Below, in pieces: positions 25,080 to 38,451 of a stretch of 60,000 nt of DNA. Both the position numbers and the translations under genes were made by a program. The stretch comes from Lama glama. Its lineage: Eukaryota. Location of the stretch: positions 24,430,001 through 24,490,000 of the forward strand of contig CM052832.1 in assembly GCA_028534125.1 (NCBI GenBank), written 5' to 3'. The notes beneath the pieces are model-generated. The model was given only the letters and a program-made list of their open reading frames with translations. It had not been told where the DNA came from and did no database searches. Position 1 is the first letter of the stretch, and each line of letters opens with the position of its first letter.

Positions 25080-27400
25080 GGTTTGTTTTAAATTAAAGTA
25101 CAAAAGGGTGCAAAAAGATGTACAAAGGAAAATAAGCCTCTCTCTTTATTTCTGTTTCAAGTCACCCAGATTCATTCCTAGAGGCAAGCTCCATTTGCTT
25201 GTGGGTCTGTTTAGGAATATTTTATAACTATAGGAGCAAAACTATGCTTTTTTTTTTAGCATAATGTTTATACCATACACACTCTTCAGAGTTGTACCTT
25301 TTTCACCCAACCATGTAGTCTGGAAAACCTTTCTTGTCAGAACATAGTGGGCCGTCCTACTTTTGAGTACCTAACGAGTATTCCATTGTATGGTTTTGCC
25401 ATAACTTATTCAGCCCCACACGGGTGGACTTTTGCTTGTTTCCAATCATTTTATACACTGCACAATGCTTCAGCGAATTGCTTTCTATAAATAGCATTTT
25501 ATAAGTCAGCGAGGAACTTGGGAGGAGAGATTGCTACAGTAGAACTGAACTGTTGGATCAGAAGGAATGTGCAGTTTTAATTTTGGTAACCCTTGCCAAA
25601 TTGCCCTCCGATTTGGCATTCGTACTAACGTATGCTCCCCCCGGCACCGTGTGACTGCGCCTTTTCTCCGCAGTGTTATTAAACTTGATCTTTGCCAATC
25701 TAAGGGGTGCAAACTACTGTTTTTCAGTAGCTTTAATATGAGTTTTGCTTATTATAGTGATGATTGAATATCTTTTCATGTTTAAGAGCCATTCCTATTT
25801 TCTGAGAAATGTGTAGTGACTTTCTTTGCCCATTTTTTACTGGATTTCTGGTCTTTTCCAGATAACTCATTTTTTAATGAGCGCAAAGTAACTAAAAAAA
25901 AATCAGTCTTTTTTGTCTCTCTTTTTATTTTTCCGTTTATTTTTTGGCTTCTTATATTTCTTTCTTGCAGAATTTGTTTTTAGAATTATGAAGTCTTATT
26001 CAGACTTTTATTTTTTTGGCTTCTAATCTTTTGACGTACTTAGGCCTTGTCCGCTCAAACATTTTGTTTTCAAAATTGTCTCATATTTTTCGATCGTACT
26101 TTAAAAATCTTAGCTTTATTGAGATGTAATTTACATACCATAAAATTCACCGTTTTCGTGTGCACAATTTGGTGGTTTTAGTCTATTTACAGAACTGTAC
26201 AACCGTCACCGCAATCTAATTTCAGAACATTGTCATCACCCCGCAAAAGAAACCTTATACCCATTAAGCAGTCACTCCCCGTTTCCTCCACCCCTAGCCC
26301 CTGGTAACCGCTCATCTCCTTTCCTTCTCTGTAGATTCGCCAATTCTAAATGTGGTCTCATGTGACTCGTTTCTTCTACGTAGCTTCAGGTTTATCCTGA
26401 TATTTTTACACTTTCATTTTTTACTTTAAATCCTTGGTCGCTCTGGAGTTTATTTTAGCATAGGACATGAACTAGGAATCTGACTTTATTTTGTCCAGGG
26501 AGCCATCCAGTTATTGAAAGTCAGTCTTTCTCCCACTAAAATGCTCTGCCAACTTTGTCATACACTGAACTCCAGTGTGGATTTGGGTCTATTCCTTTTC
26601 TGTTGATCTTGCTTCTTACTCGTTTATCAGTGCATACTGATTTAATGTCCGGAGCATTATAGTATCTTAAATATCTGGTATGCTGGTCTTTCCTTATTTC
26701 CTGTTGCATTTTTTTTAAATGGCTGTTCCTTTCTATTTTTTTTTTCCATTTGAACTTTAGAGGCAGCTTTTTTCCCCCTTTATTTATTTACTTACTTACT
26801 TTAATAGCGTTAGCTTTCTCGTGGTGTTTTTGGACATCACATCACGTTTATCAGTGACTTTGGGAAGAATTAGTGATTTCCTCTTTGAGGACTAGACTTT
26901 CCAGTTAACGTACCTGGTCTGTCCCTCTGTAGTTTGGAAGTTTTTTTCTTCGCATAGATCTTCCACATTTCTCATCAGGTTTATCTCTAGGCATTTTATA
27001 TTTTATTGGTATTTTAAAAAATGATATATCTTCTTACTTGTCACTTAGGGAGGCTAGTGACTTTTGCACATATTTTTGTTAATTACCTTACAGAATTCTC
27101 TAATTGTCTATAATGGTGGTTCAGCAGATTCGCTCAGACTTGCAGTCACGGCGTATGCAGACAATGATCATTTTACTGCCTCTTTCCCAATTTTTTGACC
27201 CCTTCTTTCTTTCCTTTGTATAATTAAATTGGTTCCTTTCACCAGAACAGCGGTAAGTAACAGCGATGCTGTTGGACAGCCTTGCATGGTTCCTCACTTT
27301 TACAGATGCTTCTCGTGTTACCCCGTTATCAGTGAGGCTGCCTTTGGGGTTGGACATGTTTCATGTTCATTGGGCATTTTCAGGGCTTTCTCACAAGCAA
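25080..27400 (-). mobile_element. Old L1ME-like element (3'UTR plus decayed ORF2), with nested L1MB-like piece
   Basis: T-rich antisense L1 motifs: tattccattgtatgg, ttgccaaattgccctcc, tcttttcatgtttaagagccatt, aactaggaatctgactttatttt, tttgaactttag. Confidence 0.75.
26100..26395 (-). mobile_element. L1MB-like 3' end nested in older L1
   Basis: agctttattgagatgtaatttacataccataaaattcacc...tttcagaacattgtcatcacccc...aagcagtcactcccc. Confidence 0.85.
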
Positions 27401-28474
27401 AAAGCCTTTCTGCAATGCTGGGAGTGGCTCACTTGGCTGCAGAGGGATAAGGCTTGGCCAGCCAGTTCTCCTGCGGGGATAAAACAGTAGGCTGATTCTC
27501 CCCACCAGCATGGACAGGAGTTTGAGTGGGAAGTGCATAGTCTAAAGGAAGAAGGCAGCAATTATACTCGAATCTCATGCTATGTTTCTTTTGCCAATCA
27601 ATCAAGTGAAAAGACTAAGAAGCTATAGGAAGAGGTAGCACCATGAAGATTAAGTAAAGGCTAAAGGAGAAGAGAAAAAAAGGGAAGGGAGAACAGACAG
27701 AAAGAAAGAAGAGGTGAAAAATATATGCCACCTTCCTGGCTGTGCCCCCAAATCAAGCCATATGATAAACCAAAATATTTCTAGGGTAGTTTTTTTCCCC
27801 CCAAAGTATTATTATCTAAAGAAAGGCACCGAGTACTAATTGTCAGCAAATGTGACAAAAAGTCTCAGAAAAGACTTAAAAGAAATAGTGAACTATTTTA
27901 CCATTTGTAAGCAAAACAGACTGGTAAATGGTTCCAAATATTGAGAAATCACTGTAGGGAAAAAGAATGCCTGTTGGAACATGTTTACATGTTGGTTCTT
28001 TTTGATGTTGCCATTAAATAAAAGTGTTTTGATCTTTTGCAAAGAAACCAGAGAGGTATTTTATGTGCTAACCCGGAACCTGACACCGCTCGAGTAGTGA
28101 AGAATAGAAGGACAGGCTGTCCCTTACATTAGCAGAGCTAGAAAACAAAACGAAAGACAGTAACAATTGCGGCTTTGATGAAGAGTTGGTGCAGTTGTGC
28201 TAAAAACAAAGGAAGTTTAGACTGACTCCATAAATTAAAAAAGCTGATGGGCAGTGTTTGGGGCTCGCTGCAGAGTCGCCTCTATGACGTGCAGCAGAGA
28301 AGAAGCTCCGGGGGTGCCCCTCTGGTTGATTTCGGACAGGCACACCCCGGGCTTGCTCCTGTGGGCCTCGTGTCAAAACCCCGTACGTGACTGTTATATC
28401 GTGAGAACCTCTGGGCTCTGCACGGGCATCTCAGGCGAGGCTTCACGCCTGCTTGTCGGGTGGTGTGTTGAGGA

Positions 28475-28635
28475 AAGAACAAGGGCTTGGAGCAGAAGCA
28501 TGTGACTCTGCCACTTGCCGGCTGTGTGAGCCTCTCTGATCTTGGTTTCTCATCGGCCAGTCATACCTACAATTCAAGGGTTTTATTGCGGGTTTATTAA
28601 GAGATGTTGCACCCAAAGCACCTCGCACAGGATAG
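28475..28635 (+). mobile_element. MIR SINE
   Basis: ctctgccacttgccggctgtgtgagcctctctgatcttggtttctcatc...aaagcacctcgcacag. Confidence 0.65.
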
Positions 28636-28779
28636 GGGCTGGGAGTGGGCAGTGGCTCAGCTAAGAGATGGAGCAGGGGGACCAGGGGCGGAGGGAAGGG
28701 AGGGGCTATTCTGTGTGTCCAATGCCATGACCCTGATGTCCAGAGAGTCCTGGGGAAATTCGTAAAGAGTTAACACCTC

Positions 28780-30200
28780 AGGACTGAGGCGGAAGGGGTG
28801 TTGATAGGAAGGAGTTCTCAGAAAGATGAGTTATGAAGACTAGGCAGGCTAGATGTTCCAGGAAAGAGCGTCTAGGTAGAAAAGGACAGCGTTTTCAAAG
28901 GCACAGCCTAAAGGAGTCAAGGAGTCTTAAACTCAGGAAAGTGTGAGTGAGAGAGTGTGGCTGAGCCCCAGGTTATGGATGGAGAGTTGTGAGCAGCAAG
29001 ACAGGAGAGGTTGGCAGCCTTGAGATGGAGTAGGGTCCTGTTTGTCCTGTTGGATTGTGGTTATGATGGTGGTGGCCGAAAACGTGGGACTCCATGACAT
29101 TTGCATTTCGGAAACACGGCAGCAGTGTCAGTGGGGTGGGTTTAGAGGCCAGCGGGAGAAGATGGGCTCTGGACTATGACAGTGATTCCTTCCATATTCC
29201 CCACAGATCCTGCGTAGTGCTGAGCACATAGTAGGTTTTCAGGAAAAATGACTTGGTGGACTTCAACAGAAGCTGTTGTTTTCCCAGGATCATCTTTTTG
29301 ATGATTCGTTTGTTTTACCATCCATAGATTATTCTCCTGTGGCTTCAATCATCCCCCCCCAATTATTTTTGACCCTCGATTAAATTATCATAAATGATTG
29401 TGTGTTGTGGCATAAGCTTACCCTAACCTGTTTATAATTTATTGTGCAATCATCTGTCTCATAAAAGATATCTTCTTATTTAAAGGGGGCCAGCCTAGAA
29501 CTGCGTGAAAATTGCCACTCAGGGGAATACTCCCTCCCTCCAAAAACAGTTTATGTGCACAGGGATAATTGTTCCCAGCCCTAAGTGCTGTAGGTTTCGC
29601 CCATACTCTCTTTCAAAGCTTTCCTTGTTTTAAGATTCTTTCAAGCCTCCTGGCTCTCTCGAAGGAGAAAGCTCTATAAGCTTTTAGCTCCTGATTGACT
29701 TCGAGCAGAGCCAGCTGACTGTCTCATTTTGGGGTGATGATACCCTCCTAATTCAGGTGGCCACAAGCAGTCACTGCGGCCACAGGCCTTTGAGGGCCAC
29801 AACTCATGCTGGATGGAGTAACAGGTAACTGTAACTATTGTGGACTTGATAAATAAATAGCAGTTATGCAGAAGCATGGATTGTATTATCCATCAGTCAA
29901 ATAGTATTCTTTGAGATTCCACTGTGTGCCAAGTAAGGTGCTAAGGACTGAACGCACTGAAGTAAGACAAAAGGCAAACAGTCCCTACCCACAGCGCTAC
30001 ATTAGTTATTTTATTTTAACACAGTAGCTTAAAAAGTAACTAGTCAGTTACAATCTGTTGTGATACGCAGTGTGAGGAGGAGATACAGGATGTGGTGGGG
30101 GCATCTGGCACCTGCCCTCACCTGGGAGGCCAGGGAGGACCAGGGAGATGCAGAGAGTCTCCTGAACAGGAGGAAGGGGAGCCAGACAGACCTTAGAGAG
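28780..30200. mobile_element. Scattered L2 fragments
   Basis: L2-like pieces at ~28780-29130 (-), ~29190-29250 (+) and ~29885-30200 (-; cactgtgtgccaagtaaggtgctaagg). Confidence 0.5.
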
Positions 30201-31794
30201 TTCCGGGGTCATAGGCTTTATCTATAAGGGAAAAAAATGGAGTATCACGGGTTTTATTATGGATGTTTAATAAGTCCTTCAAAATAGCCTTCGAGTTGTA
30301 CAATGTTGGGAATGTATGCTTGGCCGCGGTAATGTGAGTCAGTAGGGTCAGGTCTCTTGTCAGATCCAAACCAGAGTTTTCTTCACTGTGTGTCTTGGCA
30401 TTGCCAATTGGCCAAGAAGCACGGGCCCTGGATGTCGATGGCCTGAAAGAAAGTGGAATCTGAATAATGTCTCTGAAGAGACCTGTCAGTCATGGTCTGA
30501 TGTGCGTTCCTGAAGTCGAAGCCATCTTGCTCTGTGTGGCTTTAATGAGGTAGTGTTGCATGGTCTGGAATGCACGGAGCAGCGACAGCCTTAGGTGGAC
30601 AAGCCCAGGTCAGATTACGCTCAGTGAGAATCCAGTTGGTGACCCAGGTGCTGGGCTGAGTGTGAGTGAAAGTCAGACAGATGTGGAAAAGCAGGAGGTG
30701 AGCAGCACTGGTGTGGACCCGCAGGTGCAGGGACAGAAAGGTGACACTACCCCAGAATCCTTCGGCCAAGACTGGACAGTGGATAGCAGTGGTTTCTGTC
30801 ACAGCCGAGGTGAAGGTTGGATGGGGAGCCCACGGAGGTGGGTATCTTATGAATTCAGAGTATGGAGTGGCACCCCACCCACACTCTAAATTTTTGCTTT
30901 CGGAAGCTGTGTCCAGAAAAGAGAAGCGAGATGTCTCTGCCTTGTAAACTGCACCTTGTTCAAAACACGCTGTGTGAATTCATGCGCCACGTCTGCTCTT
31001 AAGTGATGTTTTCACAATTTTGTTTCTTTTGCAGCAGCAGAGGGAAAGTTTAAGGGGGAACACATCTGCTCCTAGGAAAGGGGCACCTTGGGGGTTCTTC
31101 ACCTGTCCTTGGGGGAGACCCCCTAGCACATAGCCTCACAGGAAATCAGGGGCTACTTGCTCTTAGAAATAGCGTTGAGTCGGTTAGTGATGAGCAGGAG
31201 CTGCCTGGGGTCTAGAAGCATGGGATGCTGACAAAATTTAGCAATGAGGGATTCTTACTCTATACTTTAATTGTTGTTTGTAGAGCCAGCCTCTCCAGGT
31301 ACAACAGAGCAGCTCTGAGTGGCAGGAAAGCCATTCGGACTTGTCATCAGGAGCATGTGTCCTTGGAGAAAGCTTTAGTCCCACCCCCTCAGTACCCCCG
31401 CCGAAGGTGCACATGGCGCCTTCTCATACCCGCTCAGATGCGTTTTGTAGTTAAGAGCCAGGGCTTAGCAGAGAGGGATGATGACTAACACAGGACCCCC
31501 CCCCCAATTGAAAGACGTTGCTCTTTTCGCTCTGCCTCTTGACTATGACTTCTCTGTTTTTCATTTATTTGCAGTCTCCCAAGGGAAGTGTCAATTTTAA
31601 CTAGAATCCCAGACCTTTAGATCTGGAAGGGGCTGTAGAGATGTAATACGCCCAGTTGGAAGTACCAGCAGGACACATCGAGAGATGCCCAGCAGGTGCT
31701 CTGAGAAACACATCTGGCTCTTGGAAGAGGAGTCAGGGCTCGCTAGACTTGTGGCTTTGAGAGTCCCTCACTTAGAGGCAGTAGACAAGTACCT

Positions 31795-32080
31795 GTGATG
31801 AGATCATTCCCCTGCTGTAGACCTTTTGAAACCCCTTCAGAGTTTGAGAGAATCATCTCAATTACTCCTACAGGCCCGTGGGTCCTTCTTAATATAGTCT
31901 CCACTTTTCTTTCCCACCAGGTGTCCCACTGCTGCACCCCCGCCCTCACACGCACCTCCAGCCACAATGGTCTGGTGACCATACTGGGTCACATATTTGT
32001 TACCTCTCTTTTCTAAAGCTGTTTATTATTCTAGAATTAACTCAAATTCCACTGTCTTCTGGAAGCATTCTCTCATGAAT
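31795..32080 (+). mobile_element. L2 fragment
   Basis: gatcattcccctgct...ctccagccacaatggtct...ctcaaattccactgtcttctggaagcattctct. Confidence 0.55.
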
Positions 32081-32714
32081 TCAGGTTGTAAGAAACCAAA
32101 GGGAATCTTGGGGCCTTTAATGAACTAGAAAGAATGTATCTCCTCCTGTACCAGTCACAGGCCTTGTGTGACTTGCCTGGAGTAGCCTTGCACTCACTCT
32201 AGGGGAGATTGCATCTGGAATGGCCTCTCTGGTGGCACAGGGATCCATCCTAGCCTCCACAACACATGCGTGTGTGCTTCTGCCTGCAGTAAGATGCATG
32301 GAAAAGTGTCCAGGTCTCTTCTTTTTATCCTTCATTGCCATTATTTTCTTCCCAGACGTTTCCTTTCCCAGGAAGTTGTATTGCATTTTCCTCTTTGTAA
32401 AGTCACACCAATTTTTGAGTTAGAATGCAGAGGTGCTTCCTCCAGCTCCACTGTCAGCTCATTGGTTCATTTAGACAAATGACATAACCTCTACCTTCAT
32501 TTATTGTCTGTAAAATGGGCCCAAGAAGAACGTGCCTGGTTTTCATAAAGATAAATGAAACCCAACACTGAAATATTTTGAAAAACATTTTAAAACATGG
32601 AATATAAACATAAGGCTTTGTGATTGCTACCATATTGCTTACAGTCAAAAAACATTTCAGTCCTTCTTGACAATTTAATGTAGACTATGCCATGTTATAT
32701 ATCATATAAAATTA

Positions 32715-32930
32715 CAGAACTTGACATCAGAAGAGGTGAGTCCATATTTTGGCTCTGATTTACTGGCGGTGTGTCCATTACGGAATTACTTAACCTTTTT
32801 GAGCTTAATTTTCCTTCTCCATAAATTGGGAATAATGATGTTGTTGGTATCCATTAGGGTTGTTGAATAATTATATTCTGCAACTGTCACACTTGAAAAG
32901 CACTTCTGAAACTGCCAAAGAGCATATTCC
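32715..32930 (+). mobile_element. MIR SINE
   Basis: ttacttaacctttttgagcttaattttccttctccataaattgggaataatg...agggttgttg. Confidence 0.7.
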
Positions 32931-33402
32931 ACAATAACCATCATGGTTTATCTTGTGACCTACTAATTATACTGACTATTGAAATAAATCAAACATATAT
33001 TCTGGTTCCCTTTTCTAAGATACCTCTTGGCTTGCCCCGAATGTGCAAGAGATAAAAGGGGGTGTGCAATAGAAGAGGATGCAAAGTTGGCAGAAGGCTC
33101 TGATGGCCGTCTCTCCTATCCTGAGGTTGAAAGGGGCCAGGCCGACATGCAGATTGCGTGGGAGCCACGTGGCCAAAGCTGAGAAAGGGTGCAGGAGGGA
33201 AGGCGGTGGAAGGGGCCACGATATCATGATAAAGCCAGATGTGTCCATAGGCCTATGGCGTGCCCATTCCTGAGTGTTCCCTCTGAGCAGCAGTGGACAG
33301 CCTAGGGCACTGGTGGCATATTCAGTGGGACAGCAGGAACCTCCATGGGAGGTGCTTCAGCCTCCCCAACTTAACTCTCTGAAATTCAGTGGGGATGAAG
33401 TA

Positions 33403-33843
33403 GTAGTATGTGTTGAACTGTGTCCCTCTGAAAAGATGTTCAAGTCCTAACCCACAGTATCTGTGAGTGTGGCCTTATTTGGAAATAGGTCTTTGCACAT
33501 GATCAAGCTGAGATAAGGTCCTTATAATGGGCGCCAATCCAATATGACCAGTGTCCTTATAAAAAGAGGAAGTTTGGACAGCAAGACAGAGATGCTGGGA
33601 GAATGCCTTATGAAGACTGGAGTTACGCTGTCACAAGCCAATAAATGCCCAAAATGGTTTGCAAAGTACCAGAAGCTAGGCGAGAGGAAGGCATGGGAAC
33701 AGATCCTGCCCTGCTCCCGGAAGGAGCCAGCCTTCTTCACACCTTGATCTTGGGCATCTAGCCTCCAGCGTGTGAGACCATAGAGTTCTGTTCAGGCCCC
33801 CAGTCTGTGGTGCTTTGCATGGCAGCCCCAGGACACTCATACG
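33403..33843 (+). mobile_element. MaLR solo LTR (MLT1B/C-like)
   Basis: tgttgaactgtgtccc...gtcctaaccc...ccttatttggaaatagg...tccaatatgaccagtgtccttataaaaagagg...ccagaagctagg...caccttgatcttggg...ggcagccccaggacactcatac. Confidence 0.92.
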
Positions 33844-33903
33844 GGTGGGTGGGCTGTTTCCGCAGACCCACCTGCTTGCTTCTCTGTGACCCGTGGCCTC
33901 TGC

Positions 33904-33927
33904 CTCTCTCTCTCTCTCTCTCTCTCT
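33904..33927 (+). repeat. (CT)12 microsatellite
   Basis: Read directly from the sequence. Confidence 0.95.
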
Positions 33928-35094
33928 GTGGATTTATGGTAAGGCTACACGTGGTATGTGTTTGTTGCCAGCATATATTAAAAATGACAAGCTCTCCTGT
34001 GGTTTGGCTTTTGAAAGCAAGTGCATTTAAAGTCTAATCTCAAGGTTTGAGGTTGACTTAGAATGGTATTTCTTAAAGGTTACAGTGACCTCGCTCCCAT
34101 TATTTCCTCAACTGCACGACCTTTATGCGTGTGCGAGAAGGGAAAAGGGTGCAGTTGAGCTGGGTATTTTAGTCGCTTACACAAAACCATGCGTTCGATT
34201 ATTGCGTTTCCAGCCTTGGGCACCTTCTTGGGATTGTTTGGTGTTCTCTTCTGAGTCTCCTCCGGCTGAAGGTTTGGCAAGGCCTTGACAAAGAAAGGGA
34301 AGGTTTCTTTTTAATTTTCTCACTCCTCGGGCTTGCTTGTTCTGTGTCTGAAAGATGTTGGAGCCTTCCTCCCCTCCCCTTTTGGGTTGGGGGAGGGGGT
34401 GGGGGCTGCCTCTTTCCTCTTTGTGAAATGTCAACTTATATGAAACATGTGTTTTTCATAGAAACTTTCATTTCAAAATGTTGAAATAGTTGGTTCTAAT
34501 TTACATGTGAAAAATAAATAAACTTGTCATGGAAATACTCTTGGGGTACAACCGCATGATAATTATGTGTGCCCGCCCGCCCCAACTCTTCAACATAGGA
34601 GCGCCCTCCCTGCACAGGCGTTTTCTAAGCTTTCACGGCTTCTAACAACTTTTCCCAAACTCCGTGCAAACGCATTAAAAACAGCTGTTGTAAGTTGAAA
34701 GTCCGCTAATTTTCCAAGTATGTCACAAGTCGTTGTGTCTCATAGTGGCAATTTCATATTCCTACTTAGTAGTTGGGGCACTTAAGGTTCAGAAACTGAA
34801 ATGCGAGATTTCTTGATTTGCAAACCAGTGTAACGCTTGTTTCCCATGCTAGTGTTATTGTGGTCCAGGGTCCAGTGAGGGCGTGGGGACGGGGTTAGAA
34901 GGGCAAGAGAGATAGAGGGGCTTTGCAGGTGGGATCACTGAGATCAAGTGTGAAGGCCCGGGCTCCAGCCTGACTCTCACTGTCTGACAGCCTGGCCCTG
35001 GGGCATCCGACTTCTTAAGGACCTCAGGAAGATGAGGGAGCTTAAAAAATGCTCTGCTTCATACTGGGATTATTTAGGGGAGCATTTAGGGATT

Positions 35095-35225
35095 AAATGA
35101 TTTGGGGGGGATTTGCTTGAAGACGCAAGATGGACCATGAGTTGATTATTACTAATGCTGGGTGATGAATATCCAGTGTTCCGAGGCTTTTGTACAGGTT
35201 TGAAATTTTCCATAAAAAAGTTGGG
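35095..35225 (+). mobile_element. L1M 3' terminal fragment
   Basis: gaccatgagttgattatt...gctgggtgatg...gtttgaaattttccataaaaaagtt. Confidence 0.65.
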
Positions 35226-35979
35226 ATAAAGTTGTTTGCATCTAAAATGTATACCTCTGGCATACACCCATCTCCTCTCCTACGAGACGCTGCTGTTCCG
35301 TTAACTCATTGCTCCCGAACACAAACTCCTCTGAAGGAACACAAGTCCTTTCCTTTGGTCTGATCCACATAGATAGATTAATAGAGACTTTCTGACGCCT
35401 TCGCCACCCATTTTAAAATTTTTTAACAGATAATATGGTGGCTGGGCTTTCATTCTAAATTCAGAATCTCCTCTCTGTTCCTCACCATTTTGCATTGTAG
35501 AAAGAGTACAAAGAATTAGAGGACTTTAAAATAAATCTCGGCTAATTATACATACAACCGCATTCACTAAATGGGAATATTTTCAGGGCTTTCTTTGCTG
35601 CCGAGTGCCACCTGCTCATGATTTAAATGGGCACAGATTTAGTTCCATTAAACAAAATGCAGCAGTTCTTCTTCTAGAGCACAAACTTCTTCAGGTCCTA
35701 TTTTGGAAGTGGGGAACGAATCCTGGTGTTCCCTTGTTAGCTCTGGGCCTGTGTTGGTCATGCCACAGGGTGGATGACTTGAATATTTTGCAATCTTCAA
35801 AAATTTTAACAAGCAAGTAGGTTGTGATGAAGTGGTTTGTTTTTATAAGGAGCCTTATGAACCCAATGGCATTTGAATTTGTAGTGCCAGCAATTACTAG
35901 GCGGCCTCAATTGAGGAATACATGCCTTAGCTTTCACAGCTCTTCGAGGAGATATTTTACTATGTTGCCAAAAAAATAC

Positions 35980-36036
35980 AAGAAGAAGAAGAAGAAGAAG
36001 AAGAAGAAGAAGAGGAAGAGGAAGAGGAAGAGGAAG
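35980..36036 (+). repeat. Compound (AAG)11(AGGAAG)4 repeat
   Basis: Counted directly; lies within a pure purine run 35980-36043. Confidence 0.97.
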
Positions 36037-38214
36037 AAAGGAATCGTTTTGCAACGTGTTGTGTTCTTGGCCCGTCCGATGGTCTCCCCAGAAGCTGCTG
36101 GACTCCACCTTGCTATTTTAGACGTAGGACATCATTTAAGAGGATTCATTCATCTCCCATTAATCTGGAACATTTGTGATCTCTGTAGATCCAAAGAGGG
36201 TGTTTCTTTGGGGTCTGTGAAAGTTAAAGCAGCATTCAAATGCAACAGGAATTACCAAACTCTTTCCCAAGAAAGCGTCCATGAGCGGATTCATCTGCTT
36301 CTTTTGGAAAGTGAAAAATCCCACAGCATCTGGGCATGTTTGCGACACTAGTACAAGAATGATTTCCTTCCAGCAACTTTGTCTCCAGAGAGCTGGACCC
36401 GAAGCCTTTGATGCTGTAGCTGGTCCATTAAGAAAGGAGGAGGAAGCTACTTATCTCTCCTAAAAGTCCTTATTTTTCCTAATCTTCTCTCTTCCCTCCA
36501 CCCTTGCCCTAAATTCCTTTCCATTTTGCCCTTTCAAAAACTCCTCCCTCCCTTACCAAAGCTAAAAATAATGGTAATGCTTTCCAGTGGTCCCCCCTTA
36601 CTCATATCTCAGATGCAGGCTGTGGGCAGAAAGGAAAGCCTTCGTTGTTGGCCGGGCTTAGAAGTGCATGTCTACAAATCTTAGCTCAGCCCAAGATTTT
36701 CAGATGAAAATGTCATTGGAGATTTTTCATTCTCACTTGAATCCCCAGATCTTTTCCTTCGTGTCGGAACCTGCCAACACGTTTGGGAAATACCTGCTAA
36801 TTGTCAGTGACACCGGCCCCTTAGCACCCCGGAGGTGGGTTCATAGACCCGGAAAGTGAAGGATCCTCTAGCTGTGGTTGGAGGGAGTCCCAAGTAGTTA
36901 TGGCTACACTCCAGATTTCCAGCCCTCAAACGGTGTTTAATAAAGATCACAGACCCATTTTTGTGTGGCGACCTGCAGACCAGGGCCCCGAGGACGCGGG
37001 GAGAGTCCTCTGAGCAGAGTTCCTAGTTGTGTGTGACGCTGTGCCCTAACTTGGCCGGCCTGCGTGGACAGCTGGCTCTGGTTACTGTGGGAACAATGCA
37101 GGGAAGGCCGTTGTCACATTCCTCCGAGGTCAGATGCACAACCTTCCTGACACGCTCAGTCCCTGCTGGCAGAGGGACAGCCGAGGGGCTCGTAAGCAGA
37201 GCTGGGAGCGTGTGAAGGACTTGAGAAATCCATCAACTCCCTTGTTTTACTGACTGAAGCCGTGGCCCAGAGAAGTTCTGAGACTGGCTCCAGCCCATCG
37301 GCAGGTTGATGGCAGACCCAGGACCGAAATTTTCTAACTCCCTGTCCAGTGCCGTAACGTTTTTCTGAGCATCTTGAATGTTTCAGACCTGGAGTGAAAA
37401 GGTACTATTGGTAAAGACGTCGCATTTTGTGTGTTTTTACTTGCTGTAATTGAGTCAGGTTCAGGAGTGACCATCTCTGGTACTTGGGCCCGAGACATTT
37501 AAGCACCACCAGGATGCGTCTGGCCAGCAAACAGCATCCTCGGTGACCTTCGGGAAAGTTGTTGGCTTCCAGCCCCAAACCTAGAAGTTAGAGTTAATTT
37601 TTAAGTGTTCATCTTTAACTCAAGCATGAAGCTCTAAAAGCACTCAAGGAGCAAGGCTTGAAAGCAGCTATTCCTCCGAGCTATGGCCACACTTGAACTC
37701 TTTCTTTAGAAAAATAACTGAAATCATAGTGATTAAGACACATGAAAACAGAATGGCTGGGTAAGATTTGTCACATAAGCCCTGGTTGGAGGCACACTGA
37801 GGAGTTCAATTTATTGGTAATTGATGATTCTTTCTTTGTTAACATGCTTTCCTCCAGGCAGGCTTACAGGACCTTCCTTTAGCATACGTGCAAGCCAATG
37901 AAAGATTTTCATTTAAGATTTTTACTATTTTCAAAATACACAAAGAGGAGGGGGGGAAATGTCTTACCCCAAAGTGCAAAGAATTAGGAACAACGCTTTT
38001 GCATGTAAACTTCCAGATGATGATATCAATTTTTCTTTCACAGAAAAAGGCACCGTAAATTACTTTTCTTCAGGAAAAGTGATTCGTGGGTAGACAGGCT
38101 GCTTCCTCAACAGATAGAGGGGTGGCCATGGTGGGAAGGAATTAGCAGAAAGCCCTGTGATCCCGTGTGCTCGGCATTTTCCCAAAGATCATTTGTGGAC
38201 CTGCCATATTTTTA

Positions 38215-38451
38215 AAATTTTAAAATTTTGTTCTATTAAAATTTTTTTTATTGAAGTATAATTGATTAACAATGCTGTGTTAGTTTCAGGTGTACAGCAA
38301 AGTGATTGTTATATATATACATAATATATATACACACTCTTTTTCAGAGTCTTTTCCATTATAGGTTATTACATGCAACTGAATATAGTTCCCTGTGCTG
38401 TACTGTAGGTCCTTCTTGTTCATCCATTTTATATGTAGTAGTGTGGATCTG
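38215..38451 (-). mobile_element. Cetartiodactyl-type L1 3' end (5'-truncated)
   Basis: tttttttattgaagtataattgatt...gtttcaggtgtacagcaaagtgatt...ttccattataggttattac...tgaatatagttccctgtgct; possible decayed TSD gacctgccatattttt / gacatgccgcgtttt. Confidence 0.9.

Noticed and set aside
27230..27258. Possible 7-nt microexon (ccAG|aacagcg|GTAAGT)
   Set aside because: It lies in a decayed antisense L1 where such sites arise by chance, and has no other support.
33473..33482. CArG boxes at 33473 and 38356
   Set aside because: Both fall within TE sequence (MLT1, L1 3' end) where the motif appears to be part of the element itself, so they are uninformative.
33630..33795. Idea that sense-oriented LTRs were selectively purged of poly(A) signals
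   Set aside because: The MLT1's native signal is degraded, but it carries another AATAAA at 33640. Two elements are too few to infer selection.
35824..36351. Longest ORF (175 aa) with a poly-Lys/Arg stretch resembling an NLS
   Set aside because: The basic run is just the translated AAG/AGGAAG microsatellite. There is no recognisable domain and no splice or promoter support.
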